Origin: Geosiphon pyriformis uo1
Taxonomy: Eukaryota; Fungi; Glomeromycota
NCBI GenBank assembly: GCA_016748015.1
Contig: JAAOMT010000134.1
Location: forward strand, 1,729,057 to 1,793,056
Direction of reading: 5' to 3'
Length of the DNA: 64,000 nucleotides
Program-made: the position numbers and the translations under genes
Notes under the pieces: model-generated
What the model was told of the DNA's origin: nothing
Seen by the model: only the letters and a program-made list of their open reading frames with translations
Databases searched by the model: none
In this document: positions 12,917 to 25,990 of the stretch, one piece after another
Layout of the letters: each line of letters opens with the position of its first letter
Position numbering within the stretch: position 1 is the first letter of the stretch

Positions 12917-15797
12917 CTATGTTTCAATGTCAACATACATTTTTGCTGACTCCTCTAACTGACGTTTATTCGAGGACTTAACACCAGCATTAGCAGTATG
13001 ATCTATCGTCCCGTTCAATAATGCAACCGCCAAATCTGTTCGTCTTTGCTTGATGCGCATTTTTATTTGCTTGTCCTCAGCGTTAATTTTATTTAAAAGA
13101 GTCTTCTAAATATGCAAAAAATCAAGCGAGGAATTATTAAATGCGGGGATGTTTAAAGTTAATTGATGAATAAGTTAATAACGAGATATATGACTAAAGT
13201 TTGAGCCTAACCTTCAACGTCCGTTCCTGACTAACCTCCTCTCTTTTAATAGTTTGCCAATTTCGATGCTTATCACAAGCTCCCCTACGATCAGAACATA
13301 AATTTTCATCGTCCTCGGGAGATTCGCACATTCTACTAATATCATCTGGGATTATATCTCCCCAAACTATACGTCGATCAAAACCACAAGGTTGATATTT
13401 AGGTTCCCCATGAAGTCCTTCACAACTGGTCTTCCATCTCGCTATTACTTTTTCAAGTAAATCATATCGTCTATCATTGATTTGCAAAGCCTTCTTTATC
13501 TTTTCTCGCTCGGCTTGATTTCGTTTAAGGTGAGCCAGATCATCACGTTCAGCTGCTAGATTTCTTGTATACCGTTTAGATTCAGAACTTTTGTTGCTGC
13601 CACCGTTTTTGGATTTCTTGCCATTTTGTGCTCCATTATTACCCTCTAGGTAAAGCAATAGCTTAGCTCTTTTTTCTTCAGATTCACGTAATCTCCCTTT
13701 AGCCCATTCAAGACCACAATCGCTTGAACAGTATTTAGATTCTGGAGCACGGGCAGGTTTCTTACATGATGGATTCTTGCATCTAGGTATCCATGAAGAT
13801 TGAAATCCTTGAGCTGGAAAGTAATAATTTAAGAGTTTTTTATTTGTTATTATTCAATTTACACTTATATAACGGATTAAGTATATTAATCGGCAATATC
13901 AAGTTTTCTTACCTGTGCAATTACTGCAATAATATTTATCAATTAAGAGGGATTCTTCTTCAGAAATATTGACGCAATCACCGTGATACCACTCACCGCA
14001 ATTCTCACAGCCAATCATAAAACGGAGGCCATCGTATAAAGTTTGACAAATGCAATACAACTTGGTATCAGGTTCAGGTGGATCCTCTAAGTTGATTGAT
14101 TGGATTGGATGCAATTCAGCCTTGATGACAATTGGCGACAAATTTGGGGAACCTACTTTACTAGCATGAGCTGAAACTGTACTAGATCTGATCTTTTGAC
14201 GTTTCTGGGGTTTGGCACCGGGATGAATCGTATCAGATTTGCTATTCAGGTCATCTCTTGAGCCGGGTAACGAAGACGAAGATTGTCGTTTTAATGTTTT
14301 CTTGGGAGTTTGAAAAGTTCGAGCAGTGGGTTTTTTTACTGTTTTTCTCGATAGTACTATCAACTTTCTTGTCTTCGTATTTTTTGGCTTTAAAGGATTT
14401 GAATATCGAGGACGCGGTATTTTCTCTTCACCAGAGGAAATTTCCTGTTTTATTATCGCCTTCTTAATGCCTTTAATACGTAAGACTGGATTTCTTTCAG
14501 GAGTGGAAATTTTTGAATCTTGAACTATTTCTTGGTTTATCATAGTTGGATGATCCAATTCTATGTCAGACTCGCTTGTAACTTCATCTTTTAGAGGTTC
14601 TTCGTATTCATACAATCCATCTGCCGAAGTATTTGATTGTGCGGGTGAACTAGGGGCATCTAATTCGTATGAATGATGGGGAACTATAAGCGGTGAGCTT
14701 TTTGTGTCAACGAATGAATCGATACAATATTCATTTTCAGATTTGATCAAGGGGGTGCTGGACGGGAAATTGTTGTTTTGGATATCAACGATATCATCAG
14801 TCTGAAGTTTAAGCTCTGGATCCTTTCTCTCTATGACGTCGGCTGCTATACACAACATGCTTAGAGAACCAGCTTTTTCTATCTCAGGCTTATCTATGAG
14901 TTGCCGCAAATCTTGAGACACATATTCATTTTCTAATGAATCACTAATTAACTTTTTTTCAGAATTAATTGTTTTTTCTTCTTTACTTTTAGCGTTTTTA
15001 TTGATGCTATTGGGAACTGAATCCACAACATCAATATTGAAGTGATTATCCGGCAGTAATTGAGTAAACTTGGATAAAGTTGGACTTTGGTAATCTATTT
15101 GGGAAGGTGATGGTGAGTTCTCATTCAGTGGTATATGCTGTGAAGAAATATTTGAGTGAGGAAGAGTGGGAGAAGTGATAATTGGGGATATTCGAGAATT
15201 TGGAAAGTCTGTTGGCGTGCTATTAATAATTGAAGGGGTATTCTGAAAGGCCTTAGAGTGAAAGTACCGTTGTCGGTTATTATTTTGAATGTTAACTTTA
15301 TTATAAAGTGGAGCTGGTGAGATGGTGTTAGTAATGGTAAGTGAAGTTGTATAACTTTGAGGTTTTGTGCTAGTTTGAAAACCTGAATAAGCAGAAGAGT
15401 GAGAAGGGGTAAAATGTTGGGGTAAGAGATGAGTTTGGGGTAGGGTGATTCTCATTGGAGGATACTGAGCTTTTACCTCACCTGTAGCAGGCAAAATACA
15501 GTATTGTGGGCTAACAACGTTGTTCAAGTTATTGATCGGATTTGGTTGTAACAGTGTTGGAGAGTTGGGTATTTGTGAATGGCGATGCGGTGGTGACGGT
15601 GCCGGGTTTAACATTGAGGAAATGTTAAAAGGCTTTGGTTTTGGAGAGGGAGACGATTGTTGCATCATTTCTTCTTGTTGGTGTTGATGCTGTTGCCCTT
15701 TTAAAGCAGGTGAAACACTAGTAGAATATTGTACAGTGCCATAATTATGAGACATGGTCTGTTGAGGTGGAACAACATTAAAACTATAATGCGACAT
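12917..15797 (-). CDS. SPP1: COMPASS/Set1C PHD-finger subunit Spp1/CXXC1-like protein; exons 15797-13913, 13813-13212, 13105-12917
   Basis: PHD finger LYCICQ...FMIGCENCGEWYHGDCV...YYCSNC. After a GT-AG intron (13912-13814) the frame gives CKNPSCKKPARAPESKYCSSDCGL, then C..CDKHRNW and a coiled coil, as in Spp1/CFP1. The second GT-AG intron (13211-13106) keeps frame to TAG at 12919-12917. Confidence 0.85.
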
Positions 15798-16344
15798 ATT
15801 TCTTATTTTTTTTTTAATATAAAAAACCAGAATTCAAAAAAGCATTCGAAAAAAACAAGTTTAAAGAGATCGAGAAAGAGGGAAGACTACAAACGTTTTT
15901 TTTTTTATTACTAGTATTATTTGAAGAGTTTGGTGGCGGGTTGGGAACACCGCGATGACTACAAAAGACAAGTTTTTGGGGGAAGGGGGGGGTGCATCAC
16001 AGACTGCATTGTAGAATAACACACACACTGTACAAACAAAAATAGGGTTTCTGGGTAGCAATGTGACCACTGATTGACATTTGACAGGTTTGACTAATTT
16101 TCAATAAGATCATTGATTGATTGATTGACTGACTGACTGATTATTGTCCTTTGAAGAAACTGGTTTAACTATCTTTGTATTCTTCCATATTATTATAAAA
16201 AGACTTTGGGGGGGGGGGGAAAATTTAATTTCTTTATAACTTTAATCCGTTTTATATGATAATAATATTTATTTTAATATCTGACTATTACGGTTTTCAA
16301 TAGTTATTATTATTATTATTATTATTATTTTTTGCTTTAAAAAA
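15798..16344. promoter_or_regulatory. Probable bidirectional promoter between the SPP1-like and HNH genes
   Basis: 547 bp between head-to-head start codons. Contains G-tracts (~15978-15992, 16208-16219) and a (GATT)/(GACT) microsatellite at ~16112-16142. Inferred from gene geometry only. Confidence 0.5.
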
Positions 16345-17217
16345 ATGATTGCACATTTCAAAGTTAAACCATCAAAAAAATTTAAAAAATCGACGAATCA
16401 AAAACAAAACAGTTCAAAACGAAATCGTAAAGCAGTGAAACAACTTGCTCGTTTTCGAAATACATTTTATCAAGTATTATGTGAACATAATCCTGATTTA
16501 CTTGGAGAAGAGGCAGATTTTTTAGAGTATCTCGGAGAACAAGTTTGGGAAGAAAGTGCGTTACAAAGATTTTCAAAAATGACTAAATCGATTGAACTAT
16601 CAGTTAATGGTCAAACTTCTAGAGACCAAAAAGTTTTAGAGGTAGACACTGAGAATTTGGATATTATAACGGAGGTAGAAGTCACATCAAGTATTTTTGA
16701 AATTGTGAAAAATGAATTTCTCAATTTTGGGGTTTGCTATGATGAAAATCAATGCCTAGAAATTTGTCAAGGTATTGTTTCAAAATGGAAATCAGTAATA
16801 AATCCTATCTCAAATTCTATTCTGGATAAGGAATATGAGCTAGATAATGATGATGTTGAAGAAGATGAAAATGTTGAGGAAGAAGAGGAAGAAGAGCGCG
16901 AACCAGGAACTTGTGAACTTTGTCATCGACATATGAGTCTTGGTTTTCATCATTTAATTCCACGTTGGACTCATAAAAAAGTAGTGAAACGAAACCTTTT
17001 TACAAAGCAAGAAGTTCTAACGCGTGGAATTATGATTTGTGGAGCTTGTCATTCTGCTTGTCATAAAATGATTTCACATGACGATATGGCATACACTTAT
17101 AACACTTTAGAAAAGTTACGTGAGCATGAAGGTGTGAAAAAATTTGTCACTTGGGCTTCCAAACAAAAAGGTTATGACACGGGTTATGCTGCTAGACGGC
17201 TTAGATTTGAAGAGTAA
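16345..17217 (+). CDS. HNH-endonuclease-fold (YisB-like) protein, single exon, 290 aa
   Basis: Open 290-aa ORF with CpGs retained. C-terminal CELC...FHHLIP...H...ICGACHSACH is a Zn-binding HNH pattern, preceded by an acidic linker. Confidence 0.8.
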   Translation: MIAHFKVKPSKKFKKSTNQKQNSSKRNRKAVKQLARFRNTFYQVLCEHNPDLLGEEADFLEYLGEQVWEESALQRFSKMTKSIELSVNGQTSRDQKVLEVDTENLDIITEVEVTSSIFEIVKNEFLNFGVCYDENQCLEICQGIVSKWKSVINPISNSILDKEYELDNDDVEEDENVEEEEEEEREPGTCELCHRHMSLGFHHLIPRWTHKKVVKRNLFTKQEVLTRGIMICGACHSACHKMISHDDMAYTYNTLEKLREHEGVKKFVTWASKQKGYDTGYAARRLRFEE

Positions 17218-17792
17218 ACATTCTATTCCGAATCAGAATTCGTTTTTTGGATGTATTCTGGAAAGCTCAAATACATGAAATATTCATAATAGTTTTTTGA
17301 AATATTTCTTTGTAGATAGTCCGTCTATTGATCTTCAGATTTGCGAAGCAAAGAGTATCATGCAATCCGGGTAAATAACTAGGTTTTTTAAAATTTGAAT
17401 AGTTAAATCATGAAAGAATATATCTAAATTTACCTTAGTATAGTTAATTTTGGCGCCGAATTTCGAATTCGTTCTGCGTTGACAATGTTTATTGCATACA
17501 CGTTTCCTTTTGACACAATATTAATAACTTAATTTATATAAATACTTTCATTGTTCTAGTAAAAATATCATGACTGATCCTAATTGCCCCACAACTTTTA
17601 AAAGATAAGAAAGGGTGATTTCTATTCTGAGTTTAGCCTTTTTTAATCGAAGTATGCAGCCTTCTAATATGAATAATTTTTTTCATGTACATCACATTTA
17701 AAATTGAGCACAGACAAGGGCACAAAAAATGCTTGCATCGTGTCACACCTTGGCACAGCACAAACGATTTACCAAAAATTTGTTTTCATCAC

Positions 17793-17795
<3 letters not shown>

Positions 17796-17826
<31 letters not shown>

Positions 17827-18203
17827 TTTTGTTTATTTGTTTACTAATTAATTAAAAGAATTAATGTACAGAGTACTGACATCAGAATATAAAATTGGTA
17901 AAAGACCCAGAAATAAGAATAAATACTCAAAATTGAAGATAGCTTATCAGAAAATACTGGTCACTAAGCTGAAAAAAAAATTAACAGAATATATATTCTG
18001 GAAAGTAATGGATAACAAAACACACCAACTCAAAAATTGGGAAATAAATTAGAAATATTACAAAAGGATATCATTATTAAATCTCTGTCTATTATACAAA
18101 AGACTTAACCAAAACCTTCAAATATTAGCAATCATATTAGCAATTAAGCACCAAGTTATAAGTTTGTTATTTGTTTTGAAACCATAAATAATTATCTGTA
18201 ACA
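17796..18203 (+). repeat. Truncated 5' LTR of Gypsy A
   Basis: Matches ~26449-26883, ends TGTAACA, is followed by an eroded PBS, and begins at a pure T29 run. Confidence 0.88.
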
Positions 18204-21200
18204 TTTAATGCTTTTTGTAAAGTATAATCTAATAAAAAATTAGCATTAGCAACAACTATTAAGAAAAGTGGCAGACCAAGAAAGTATAGAAGAAAATCAT
18301 TTAGGATTTGCAAAATCCTTATTTTAGCAGTATTAAAGTTATTTTGGATTAACAGGTAACAATTGGCCAGCAGAATTAACTTTTAATTTCTACATAAACA
18401 AAAAAATTAAATCATATTTAGAAGTCCAAAAAGATCTAGAAACCATCTTTAACAACTTTAACAGTAAATTATTCTATAGCACAACACATCTATTAAATTA
18501 TCTGTTTGTACCAATAATTATGAAAATAAATAAAGCAATTGGGAATTACATTCAGCAGAAATTTTTTATTATATTTACAGACAAAAAAAAATTACAAACA
18601 CCAGCAGGAACACCAAAAAAAATATAATTATCTACATGAAAAAAACCAAAAATAGTTTTACCCATTTACTTATTATACTATCATATATTAAGGAGTATTA
18701 TCAACATAATATCAGTAGACATATCTACATTAATTGTAAAAATACCATCAACAAAAATAATATTTTAAAGTCAACAAGAAAAAGCCAATTTATTGAGAAT
18801 CTATAGCAATTTCTTTGAAAGATTTATATTATGATTACAAATACCATTAAGATTTTAATTACTACCATCTCAACCCAATTTTAAAGCTACTAGTTCTTAA
18901 AAACTAATTGATTTAGAAAAAAAGAAAATTAAATATCAGGAATTTAATTATCAAAACCTGATTTTAGAAAATCTGAAAATCTAAACTCTAATTATTTAGG
19001 CCCAGTAAAACCCAAATAATTCAAACCTAGTTTTCATTATTTCTTAAAACCTACTTTCAATAATTGTAATTGATTTATTACTAATCATATCTATTGTTGA
19101 ACAGCAATAACAGTCACAATTATAACCTTAACTACAATCACAACAACAACTGATCATAGTAGTAAAGACATATATACTGATTGCCAAATTAGAAAAATTT
19201 AGTAACAAAAAAAACAATGCCCAAGTGTAATTAAATAACATTGTTAAAGCTATTACTGCCAATAATTAAGACAATACCAGAGTTCTACAAACTATTCCAT
19301 ACTTTTTACAAGATACTGCTAATTTATGATATTAGATTTTGATTAATAAACCCATTATTTTTAATGTGTTTAAAACAGAATTTTTGAGATATTTTAATAA
19401 TAACAATAGTATTAATTGCTTAACAACAGTATTTACTAATATCAAACAAAGCAATACAAAAGCAGTCACTATTTACTTAGAATACTTTCATAGAAATCTG
19501 CACCAAATACAAGCAATTAATATGAATTACTTTACAGCACCACAGATTTTAAATCAATTTATCTGTAGACTATGTAATAGTATTCTTTAGCACATATATC
19601 TATTACATTTATAAATACTTTAAGATACAGTTATGTATACCAAAGATTTTGAATTGGCTAAATTAGAAACCAACCATGTCCAAGCCATTAATTTAATAAT
19701 ATATAAATTATCTGACTTAGACTTTAAGTTAAAACAATTTAGTGATACTATTAACCAAAGTTAGAAAGATACTTAGCTAACAGCTAAGCAATATATCAAC
19801 TTTTACAATATTGTGACAATTTAGGAACTTTCAATTAGTTTCAAAATCAATTACATTCCTTTTCATTATTAAATCATCAATTATAGCCACAAAAAATGCA
19901 TATTTGTCACAATTGTAATAAACAAAACCATTTACAGATTGATTGTCATGTCAAAATTAATAACCAATAATCAAAAAATTAATATTGAAATCCCTATTGC
20001 TAATTTCAGACTCAGAATTATCAACCAAATCAAAGATTATATTAACCTTATTATGTATTAATAATATAATAAGCAATATACTTACTGCCAATTTATTAGT
20101 CTCAAACACCAGTAATATATTAGCTACAGCTTCAGATTATTTATTAAACCCAACTATTTCAAACACTGTTACAAAATCCAGCTTAAATAACACTTAGAAA
20201 CCAAAGACCAAAAATTATTTATATCCAACAAAACTAAAAATTGGTAATAGTCATATACTAACTAATTTTTAGTTCCTTAAACCAACTATTAGGATTATAT
20301 CAATGAAGTTCAGACATTAAATACACCCAAAATCCGAATTCTCAGAATTATTTAAGTCTTCTGATTACTTTAGAAGATGCCCAATCTGACAAACAGAAAC
20401 CCAATCAAACTCAACTACTTACCAACAATATTCTACCAGCAATTATTATAAAAAATGAATTACTTACCACAATATTTTTTTTTGAGATAGAAATTCTATT
20501 AGAAACTTTATTATTCAGTAAAGTTGCTCTTAATACCAAACTAATTACTATTATATACACTAATACTAAAGTCAACAGCCATCCTATTAAGCTAATTCTT
20601 AATAGTGGTTCAACAGACAGTATTATTATATGACAACTTATGAACTAATTAGGTTGCTAAATTGATCTTACTGTTAATACCAAAATTATAATTACTGATG
20701 GAACAACAAAAATGCTCATTAGTAAAATTGACAACTTTTATTTAAAGCCAATGGTATTATTACACCAATTAAAGTTCTCATTATGGAAGCCATCCAGTAT
20801 TAAGCTTTTATTGGTAATAACTGACTGTCTAAAACTAATGTAGTGCTTGACTGGAACACTCAAAAATTACAACTAAGTCAAAATAGTCAAAATATTAAAG
20901 TACCAGCCACTTGTGGTCATTTTAAACCACTTATTACATGACTACAGCCATTAATCAAGTTCGAAAAAAAAGTAAACAAATCTATCTGAGAAGCCTACCA
21001 AGTTTTATGGGCCAAAAAAAACACAATAAGTTGTACTTACCTGAAAAAAAAAAAGAAAAGAAAAAAATAGAGAGGAAGAAATGTTTTAAGCAATCATCTC
21101 TACATCTATACTATACACTACTACCAATCAGAGACAATCAATTTATTGTCAATTCAAACTAATTTACATTAATTGTGACAAGAAATTATCAATAATAAGT

Positions 21201-22036
21201 ACATGTTATGACAATAATAAGAAATGGTCAATAGCAACCAAGTTTTACTGTTAACCATATATTTTAAAGTATTTTAAATGACCAAAAAGACAAAAAAAAT
21301 AGAACAACAAACCATGTCTTATTTATAGAAAAATCTTGTTAGACAAAAAAATATGGAATAACATTTCTGGTTAGAAAAAAACATATGATAAATTATATTA
21401 ATACATAATTCTCATAAATAATTAGATAAGAAAAAAAACACCAATAAATACTGTCTGAAAAAGAGCTGTAAAATATTTAAATGGCTGTTCATATAACAAT
21501 AATAAAATCTGGTAAGTGGCAATTGCCAAAATTGAAGATGTGTTTCCAGAAATAATAAAAACAATCAAAAACAACTCATTAGAATCTAAAAAGAGCATTA
21601 AATCTTAAATTCTAATATTATTTTCAACATTATAGATTTAAAACAATTCCATGAATACTACCAGAAATTAGCATTCACTAAAAAAAAACAAAGACAATAT
21701 TTAGAACAATTTAATATTCACTTATGTGACCACTATTTAAATTTGTTTGATTTTCAGTATTGTAATGATTGTAACATCTTTTACAATCTATTATCATGTA
21801 TAATATATTCAATCTCTAAAGAAAAAAAACTAATTGGCAGTTGCACATTGGAATTAGAATCAAAATTCAATTCCAATTTAGACTCCAATAATGATGACAA
21901 CAACAGTTCTAACTCCATTCATTATGGCAACAATAATAATTCAAACTCTGATTATAACTCTAAACAATATATTATGCTTCTAGATTTGTTAATGAAGCAA
22001 AAACTAAAATAGTTTAGTAATAATAAAAAAGGTCTT

Positions 22037-22430
22037 ATGCCAGAACACACACATAATACAAATACAAAGTTTGATCTTAGATATCCAGAAAACACTGCTA
22101 TCAAACTAGAATTACATTTATGTATTAGCATAGATCTGAAGATAACACTGGAAATTTTAACAAGAACAATGGTTTAATTAGCATTAAGATCTAATTTAGT
22201 GAAAAAAGAAGTCAACATCAGAAGAGAAATAATTAATGCAGAATATATAAGAAATATTATTACAATACTATAAAATGATTCAGAAAAAGAATATATTATT
22301 AAACCAAATAAAAAAATAGCATAAGCAATATTCTTACCTCTGGTTAAAATAATTCAATTAATATTAATGAGAACAAAAAAAGAATTAAAGATTACAGCCA
22401 AAAAGAAAAATAAATTCAGATTAACAAGTA
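22037..22430 (+). pseudogene. dUTPase domain inside Gypsy pol (second copy at ~59340-59735)
   Basis: Reads MPEHTHNTNTKFDLRYP...LALRSNLVKKEVNIRREIINAEYIRNI...KIA*AIF...TAKKKNKFRLTS. Reversing G>A/C>T restores AGFDL, RSS, GIIDAGYIG, IAQ and RGxxGFGST. Copy B keeps FGST literally at ~59720-59731. Confidence 0.88.
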
Positions 22431-25400
22431 AAATAAACATACTAGTTAATATTGCAGAAAAGAAATCAATTAATAAAAAAAAATTTATTTTTACTAGTTA
22501 ATCAATTTTCATTTTACCATATAACTAGTATATGTTAGTAATAGAAAGAAAAATAAGGGATCAGCCCCAAATTTTTGAAGCAGAACCAACTATTTGTGAA
22601 TTAAGAAAGATTAGAATTATCAATCTTTATATACTAGTTAAGAACTGTAAACACATCAAAATTTTTATTTACAATACAACTAAAAATACCATTAAAATAC
22701 CAAGTAGTATTATTATTAGATATTTAAACACCAAAGCTGAAGATCAACTACCAAACATTATTGCAGATTTTCTATAACTGTGTAAATATGTAAATATTAT
22801 ATTACAAGCAATATATAGATAAAAAGAATGTTATTTGTTCTAACCAGAAAAATTAGACCAAATGAACTTGAAAAATTTAGACTCATTTAACATATGCAAT
22901 TAAAAATATTACTCAACAATTTCACTAATATTTTTGCCAGTGAAAACAAATTTGGCCAAACTGATATTATTTAGCATTAGATCAAAACTAGAGATGCTAT
23001 ACCAATTAAACAACAAACATACAGAGTACTATCAGCAAGCCATAAGATCATCTGACAAGAAATTAACAGAATGTTGAATAATAAGTTAATTCAATTATCA
23101 ATAAGTCTATAGTTATTATCAATAGTACTAGTCTAGAAAAAAAATAGAAAAATCTGCTTTTGTGTGAATTACAGAAAGCTTAACAGTATTACTTATAAAG
23201 ACAGCTATTTAACTCCATAAATTCAAGAACTATTTGATGCTTTTGAAGAGAAAAAATAGTTTTCAACATTGGATCTAAACAGTAATTATTGACAAGTAAC
23301 TATAAATTCAGCCAACAAAAAAAAGACAACATTCACAACTAAAAAAAAGAACTTTAAATTTGATGTTATGTCTTTCAACTTAATAAATGCTCTAGCTATC
23401 TTTCAATGGCTTATAGAAATTGTCTATACTAATTTACTATGAAAATTAGTAGTAGTCTACTTGGATAACACCAATGTGTTCTTAAAAACATTTGATGATT
23501 ATTTTTACTATTTTCAGCAAGTATTTGAAAGACTAAAAAGAGCCAAATTAAAATTGAATACAACTAAATGTTTTTTTGAAAAAACGAGCTCAAGTTTTTG
23601 GAACATGTTATAAACAAAGATAGTATAAAGACAAATCCAAACAAAATTGAGATTGTTAAAAACTTTCTAGTACCAACAAATCTCACAAAATTAAGAGCAT
23701 TCTTGGAATTTGCTGAATATTATTGCTGCTTTATCCAAAATTTTTTCAAGCTGGCTCAACTACTTTACCAGTTCTAAGCAAAGAATGTGAAATATGAATG
23801 AACTGAATTCCAACAAGAAGCTTTTAACATTCTAAAAAGAAAGCTTATTTAAGCACCAGTACTAATCTATTTAGATTATAGCAAACTATTTATTATTATT
23901 ATCAATGTATTTGGTCAAGCCATAAAAGCAGTACTGTTACAAAAAAAACTAGATAGAAAAGAACACTCAGTAGCATACACCAGCCAAAATTTAAGCCCAG
24001 CTGAGAAAAACTATAGTACTCTAACATTAAAACATTTGGCTATTTATTGGGTTGTTATCAAATGAAAATAATATTTGAGTCAAAAGTTTTATGTATACAC
24101 TGATTACAAAAAATTAACATTAATTTAAAAGCAAAAATTTGAAAATAATCACCTTACAAGATAGAAAATAGAGCTATTATTATTTAATTATACTGTATAT
24201 TATAAAAAGAGAAAAAAAATAGAAATGCTAATAGTTTGTTATAAATAAAACAAATTTAAGAACATTTTAACCCAAAAATATTACAAAAAATAAACACACA
24301 AAAATATTAACAACTTTAATATTATATTAATACTCAACAGTTCAGGAAAAATTATCTCAAAAAAAACAAAACAATATAAAACAACAATCAAAATATTTTA
24401 TCACTTATCAAGATATTTTATACTGAAAAAACAAAAAATATTTAGATCAATCACTTAGAGTTATTACAAAACTAAAAAAAAAACAATATTAATTAACATG
24501 TATTCAGACCCAACAACAGAACATTTTCATAAAAAAGCAATCATAGAAAGAACCAAAAAAAGATATTATTGTCTATCTATATATTCAAATATTATTTAAT
24601 ATGTTCAAAATTGTGATGCTTGTTAAAAAAAGGAGGAACAAAACTCAGTAAACTGCTAAAACCAATTAAAATAAAACAACTATTTGATCAAATTAGAATT
24701 GACTTAGTTAGACTATTACTAATAATCAGCAGAGACAATCATTATATAGCAGTAGTCATAAACTATTTTACAAAATGGTCAGAAGCAAAAGCAATTCAAA
24801 AAGCAGATGCAAAATCTATAGCTGAATTTGTTTACCAAGATTTGATTTGTTGACATGGATGTTCAAAAAAATTATTATCAGATTAAAAAACTCATTTTGT
24901 GAACAGAACATTAGTAAAATTAAGTCAAAGATTTGGAATTAAAAGACTATTATTATTATTATATTATTTACAAACAAATGGCTTAGTTGAAAAATTCAAC
25001 AGAACAATATGTGAAGCAATAGCAAAAATCAGCCAAAAAAACCAAAACAAATGGAATTTATTTATATTATCAATACTATTTGCTTATCAAACAATAAAGC
25101 AAAATATCACACAAGCAACACTATTTGAACTTGTTTATAATAGAACAACAACATTACCAGTTAAGATAGATATCAACACATATCCAATAAAACCAATAAC
25201 AGAAACCAACTTCTAAAGAACATTGTTAAAAAGAACATACAAACTAATAGAAACATTGAAAAACAAAAGATGAAAAACAGCTAATAATATTTAAAAGGCA
25301 CAAAAAAAACAAAAAAAATGACATGATAACCAATTATTAGATAAACCAGTTGAATTCAAGATTAGAAACAAAGTATTTTTATATTGTACCAAAGTAAAAA

Positions 25401-25990
25401 AACAATAAAATAAAAAATTTGATTCCAAATAAAACAGATCATTTCACATTAAGGAAATTCTAGAAAATAAAACTTATAAACTAAGATAGAACAACAAAAT
25501 TTTAGCTAAAGCAGTACATAAAAATTGACTGAAATTATACTACAATATAATATCATTATCTACTAATAATATTATACAACTGAGAATACAAAAAATACTA
25601 ATCAAACTAAATAAAATTTATGAAATCTTAAACCAATCATCATTATTGAAGCAAACACATTGAATTAACTTACTAATAGAATATATAAAGAGTTAAAAAC
25701 ACATAACAAAAACAACAAAAAAAGATAGAAATCTTTAACAATATTGATTTACTGGCACAACAATTATTACAACTAATTCAATAATAATAATAAGAGCATT
25801 ATGTTTAAACATACACATAATACAGATGCAAAATTTGAACTTGGATATTTTGGACAGACCACTATAGTTAAAAACTTCAGTTATGTATAAAATTAGATTA
25901 AAAAATAGCAATAAAAATTACAGCAACTTATTAATACAAAAGAAAAATTTAGAAGATTTTACAGAAGCTCAATATTAAAGAAGAGAATAA

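Noticed and set aside
14258-16576. Small ORFs 14258-14467, 14326-14523, 15729-15914, 15861-16070, 16382-16576
   Set aside because: They overlap real genes on the opposite strand or lie in the promoter region, and show no motifs.
25540-25990. Chromodomain or env-like ORF after integrase
   Set aside because: No chromodomain or transmembrane pattern recoverable. The hydrophobic minus-strand ORFs at 62841-63283 reflect A-rich composition.
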